From assembly GCA_017991915.1 (NCBI GenBank), contig JAGOPQ010000002.1, forward strand, positions 1 to 53,574: 53,574 nucleotides of DNA. The letters are read 5' to 3'. How positions within the stretch are numbered: the stretch's first letter is position 1; each line of letters begins with the position of its first letter. The notes beneath the pieces were generated by a model that worked only from the letters and a program-made list of their open reading frames with translations, ran no database searches and was not told where the DNA came from. Positions 50,401 through 53,574 of this stretch are shown here, piece after piece. Source of the stretch: Minisyncoccota bacterium (lineage in GTDB: Bacteria > Patescibacteriota > Minisyncoccia > Phycocordibacterales > UBA9973). Both the position numbers and the translations under genes were made by a program.

Positions 50401-50793
50401 TTAATAAGGAACTGTTGGGAAATTGATGTTTGTGGTGTTGTTTAGTCCGAAAGTGTTAGTAACTATTCTAACAAGACCCCACATACCTACGATAACCACC
50501 AAGCCGATGATTCCGTAAATCATTCGGTTTCTTCCAGTAGTCTTCGCCTCTTCATCACTAGCGATAACGAATTGAACTACTCCAAACACGAAGTAAAGTA
50601 CTCCGAGGGCGATTAGAAATGGAAGGATTGCTCCCAAGATTTCATTGAACTTACAAATCAAACTCTGGATAGTTGTGATAGAACCACCAGTACATTGTGT
50701 AGGATTTTGACCAGTAACTTGGGCAAACGCCACCAATGGGGCATATCCTAGAACAAGACCTGACAATACGATTAATTTATTTTTCATAATCAT
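50401..50793 (-). CDS. Small two-TM TrbC/VirB2-like pilin-family protein (paralog 4)
   Basis: The signal peptide ends AFAQV. A Cys pair follows, then ILPFLIALGVLYFVFGVVQFVIASDEEAKTTGRNRMIYGIIGLVVIVGMWGLVRIV. Confidence 0.62.
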   Translation of the reverse strand: MIMKNKLIVLSGLVLGYAPLVAFAQVTGQNPTQCTGGSITTIQSLICKFNEILGAILPFLIALGVLYFVFGVVQFVIASDEEAKTTGRNRMIYGIIGLVVIVGMWGLVRIVTNTFGLNNTTNINFPTVPY

Positions 50794-50825
50794 TTTTTAC
50801 TAATAATAACTTATTGCGACCCCCA

Positions 50826-50853
50826 CCCGACTGAGTGACTTCAGTCATTCGGG
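50826..50853 (-). other. GC-rich hairpin in the predicted 83-nt leader of paralog 4
   Basis: The minus strand reads CCCGAatgaCTGAAgtcaCTCAGTCGGG, followed by tgggggtcgc. Confidence 0.3.
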
Positions 50854-50882
50854 CAGGTTTTAATAATTAATAATGTCTATAT

Positions 50883-50891
50883 ATTGTAGCA
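50883..50891 (-). promoter_or_regulatory. Extended -10 box (TGcTACAAT) inside the pilin-like array
   Basis: The minus strand reads gtgTGcTACAATatatag, about 25 nt downstream of the paralog 3 stop. Confidence 0.45.
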
Positions 50892-50915
50892 CACAACTTG
50901 CAAGTCGTCTGTGAA

Positions 50916-51752
50916 TTACTGACTTTTTAGCTGTGGAATGGCATATTCAATACCAAAGGTGGTTCCGACAATTTTAACCAATCCCCACACAGAAACCATC
51001 ACAACTAAGGCGATAATTCCCCACAACATAAACTGTCTACCCTTTTCTTTCTTTGCCTCTTCGTCACTATTTATTACGTATTGAACAACACCCCAGATAA
51101 ACATAGCCAAGGCTAGCGCAAATATAAGTGGAATGACAGATTTACTGATAATACAAATCACGTAATTAATCAAACTTTGCAAATTGGAATTCTTAACCAA
51201 ACTACACAATCCCCCGCTTGAGGCTTGTACGATACCACTACTCAAATTACTGATGTCTGGAGCTTGATTGGCAATACCAAAAGTATTTACAACAATAGCA
51301 ACGAGACCCCACATACCGAAAATCACGACTAGTCCAATAAGACCAAAAATAATTCGGTTTCTGCCTTCCTTTTTGGCTTCATCTCCCCCACCTATCATGT
51401 ACTGCACCACACCCCAAACAAAGTAGACCACCCCAAGTGCGACAAGCAGTGGAATCAAGGCATTCAAGATGGAACCGAGCTTACACAACAAATCTCCAAA
51501 GTCGTTTACGTTTGTAGCACAGACTCTACCAGAAGAACCTTGGTTGCTGGAAAAAATAGTTGATCCACTACCACCTCCAAAGGTTCCGTTGCTGTAGCAA
51601 CCAGTCGAAGTTTCCCACGTATCTGGTTCATCTGGATCACAGGGTAAGCCGAGTGCGTTTTGAGCGTTGGAAAAATTTGGTAAAATAGTAAAAACTAAAA
51701 CTAAAACAAGTAAGAATGCTTGAGCTATTTTAAATTTATTGAAGTTTTTCAT
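50916..51752 (-). CDS. Tandem-duplicated (double-module) TrbC/VirB2-like protein (paralog 3)
   Basis: Two complete modules lie in one ORF. The first is LIPLLVALGVVYFVWGVVQYMIGGGDEAKKEGRNRIIFGLIGLVVIFGMWGLVAIV. The second is VIPLIFALALAMFIWGVVQYVINSDEEAKKEKGRQFMLWGIIALVVMVSVWGLVKIV. Confidence 0.62.
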   Translation of the reverse strand: MKNFNKFKIAQAFLLVLVLVFTILPNFSNAQNALGLPCDPDEPDTWETSTGCYSNGTFGGGSGSTIFSSNQGSSGRVCATNVNDFGDLLCKLGSILNALIPLLVALGVVYFVWGVVQYMIGGGDEAKKEGRNRIIFGLIGLVVIFGMWGLVAIVVNTFGIANQAPDISNLSSGIVQASSGGLCSLVKNSNLQSLINYVICIISKSVIPLIFALALAMFIWGVVQYVINSDEEAKKEKGRQFMLWGIIALVVMVSVWGLVKIVGTTFGIEYAIPQLKSQ

Positions 51753-51759
51753 ATTTTTA

Positions 51760-52131
51760 TTAAGAAATTCCCAAGACAGTCTCAGAAATAAGTATAGCTA
51801 TAGCCCAAGCCCCGAGCAATATAGCTGCGCCAATAATAGTGTACAACAGTGATTTTTTTGCAGTTTCTAATTTTTCCGAATTTCCTTGGGCAGCCACAAA
51901 CAAGAATCCACTGTAAATCAAAGCTAGAGCAATGATGGGAATACCTATCTTTATTACTCCAATCAAAATGACTTGAATAAATTCTGGAATAGTTTTATAT
52001 GGAATTGGGGGACAAATTGTGCCCGGTTCACAGGTAATACCATCAGCATAAATTGTAGTTGGTAAACTAAAAACAACAAGTAAGCTACTTATAATTCTAT
52101 AGCTATGTTTCTGGAATAATTTCATAAACAT
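51760..52131 (-). CDS. Small two-TM TrbC/VirB2-like protein (paralog 2)
   Basis: The signal peptide ends IYADG and is followed by CEPGTIC. The module is IPIIALALIYSGFLFVAAQGNSEKLETAKKSLLYTIIGAAILLGAWAIAIL. The start could be 52143, 52131 or 52125. Confidence 0.58.
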   Translation of the reverse strand: MFMKLFQKHSYRIISSLLVVFSLPTTIYADGITCEPGTICPPIPYKTIPEFIQVILIGVIKIGIPIIALALIYSGFLFVAAQGNSEKLETAKKSLLYTIIGAAILLGAWAIAILISETVLGIS

Positions 52132-52144
52132 ATTGTATAACATA

Positions 52145-52753
52145 TTAAAATCCAATCCAACTTCCATTATAACCCACAATCAACAATATTGTTCTAATAA
52201 TTAGCCACGATGCTACAGCAATAACTAAACCCTTCACAACATCAACAAAAATACCCTTAGCTTTGCTCATGGACTCAGTACTACCCCCAGATGTAACCAT
52301 CAAAACGCCAGCGTAAGCAAACATTATAGCAGCAATTGGTAGAGCCATCTTGAACAGTAAAAACTGGATAACTGTATTTATAAGATTCATAAAAGCATTA
52401 AAATCACAGTCACCAGGATTTGCTGATGTTTTACAGGGGACCAAACCCTTACCATCATAGGGTGTTTTTGTTGTAGCTGAAGAATTTGTATTCGTATTAG
52501 TATTTGGATTTGGTGATGGATTTCCTGTATTTATCGGAACAGCATTGTTTGGTGCTGGAGAATCTGCTACCCAAGTACCCCCATCAGCATAACATTGATC
52601 TTCTGGATACCCTGGAGCAGTAGCGCCTTGGGAAGCTAGTGAAGGTAAGGTGCATGTACCCAATGGAACTTGAGCGGAAGAGATATTGGAAAAACCAAAA
52701 ATCAAAGCAAGCAACAAACTCGGGATTGATAATTTGGTAAAAATTTTTTTCAT
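52145..52753 (-). CDS. TrbC/VirB2-like protein with an extended Cys/Pro/Asn-rich ectodomain (paralog 1)
   Basis: The signal peptide ends SSAQV. The ectodomain has four or more Cys and an NPSPNPNTNTNTN tract. The module is LPIAAIMFAYAGVLMVTSGGSTESMSKAKGIFVDVVKGLVIAVASWLII. Confidence 0.58.
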   Translation of the reverse strand: MKKIFTKLSIPSLLLALIFGFSNISSAQVPLGTCTLPSLASQGATAPGYPEDQCYADGGTWVADSPAPNNAVPINTGNPSPNPNTNTNTNSSATTKTPYDGKGLVPCKTSANPGDCDFNAFMNLINTVIQFLLFKMALPIAAIMFAYAGVLMVTSGGSTESMSKAKGIFVDVVKGLVIAVASWLIIRTILLIVGYNGSWIGF

Positions 52754-52765
52754 AAATTACAAATA

Positions 52766-53574
52766 CTACTTGAGTAATAATAAATCTAGCTTTGAACTCG
52801 CGTCTCGTATGGCATTGTCGGCAGTTAAATTATTTGAAAGTACTCCGTCCACCATTCCTTTAAATATGTTATTCGTATCATCTGAAGATGGGTCCATCCA
52901 GCTACGTGCGTACAAAGCGGAAGGATAAAAAGTAGTATTGTATGCATCCACTTTTTTCACGGCCAACAAATCTCTTCTGGCTGGGGTCACGCCTAGCGTA
53001 CCAGAGAGCTTGGCTGCAAAGTCTCCGCTACTCATCAAGCCCGCAGCGGTGATAGCGGTAGTTAAATTTTTAGAAAATGCAGATATGGCAATACCTGTAA
53101 CCCGACCGGAAGTTAATTTAAAATTAGCATTTTTTATTTGAGGCAATGGCGCCACCATGAAATTCTGATTTGGATTTTTATTCACCAAATTTTGAAGCTC
53201 ACTTGCGTATCCGAAATAAAAGGCCAAATTCTCTGCACTAAAGGCATCACTAGAATTTGAGAATGACCTATTCCATGAATATACGTTCTTCACTGGATCG
53301 GCAAAATCTGTATAAAATTGTAAGACACTAGCTAGGTCATACTTGCCGACTGTTTGATCAAGCGAGGAAACAAAGAAGCCCTCCTTTTCAGACACGATGG
53401 GGTTCCCGGCTTGCATAAACAATGCTGAGATTATTTCTTTGGCATGAGCTACGTTCACAAACTGACCCATAGCTACAGCACTCTTGGTGACACTATTGGT
53501 GGCATCTTTTTTGGTTAGAAGGGGCACCATATTTATCAAATCATCCCAATAAACCGGAGGATTCGTGATACCGT
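52766..53574 (-). CDS. Extracellular solute-binding protein (ABC-type, family-1-like), 5'-truncated by the window edge
   Basis: The frame stays open to position 53574 (..GITNPPVYWDDLINMVPLL..). SBP-like blocks are present (AFYFGYASELQ, MVAPLPQ, GIAISAFSKN, PARRDL). Confidence 0.55.
   Translation of the reverse strand, partial: GITNPPVYWDDLINMVPLLTKKDATNSVTKSAVAMGQFVNVAHAKEIISALFMQAGNPIVSEKEGFFVSSLDQTVGKYDLASVLQFYTDFADPVKNVYSWNRSFSNSSDAFSAENLAFYFGYASELQNLVNKNPNQNFMVAPLPQIKNANFKLTSGRVTGIAISAFSKNLTTAITAAGLMSSGDFAAKLSGTLGVTPARRDLLAVKKVDAYNTTFYPSALYARSWMDPSSDDTNNIFKGMVDGVLSNNLTADNAIRDASSKLDLLLLK

Noticed and set aside
1-53574. I searched for CRISPR arrays, transposases, integrases, prophage structural genes and toxin-antitoxin pairs.
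   Set aside because: I saw no regularly spaced direct repeats, and no ORF with DDE, tyrosine-recombinase or serine-recombinase motifs. Apart from the GC islands, the only repeat-like content is paralogous genes (the ATPases and the pilin-like array).

Overview
This is a 53.6-kb, gene-dense segment, mostly coded on the minus strand and AT-rich (hand-counted 60-nt lines are about 33-40% GC). It reads correctly in the standard bacterial code: TGA, TAA and TAG all terminate full-length conserved genes.

Gene content points to a Patescibacteria/CPR (Parcubacteria-like) chromosome; this is an inference. Four kinds of content support it:
- a reduced housekeeping set: trpS, dnaB, recR, rplU, cysS, dnaJ, grpE, purD, the rpsI-rplM-rplQ-rpoA-rpsD-rpsK-rpsM-rpmJ-infA block, alaS, mnmA, mltG, typA, clpB, infB, rbfA and 5 tRNAs;
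- type IV pilus genes: a PilC fragment, four minor-pilin-like genes and one major-pilin-like gene;
- two paralogous VirD4/TraG/HerA-like P-loop ATPases flanking a Cys-rich zinc-ribbon protein;
- a tandem array of five small two-TM TrbC/VirB2-like proteins.

Host genes lack Shine-Dalgarno (SD) motifs. Many have a TGnTAnnnT-type -10 box 6-8 nt from the ATG, so they are probably leaderless.

Three short islands break this pattern: about 6.58-7.10 kb, 17.57-18.01 kb and 48.49-50.00 kb. They are markedly GC-rich (about 53-62% in sampled lines), and each of their four genes has a leader and a strong GGAGG-type SD. Each island sits behind a host-type promoter and ends in its own hairpin. One encodes an SPFH/Band-7 protein plus a small bitopic partner. 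The other two encode orphan proteins I cannot place in a family.

I found no rRNA, CRISPR array, transposase or integrase. Every family assignment comes from reading motifs by eye; no database search was run.
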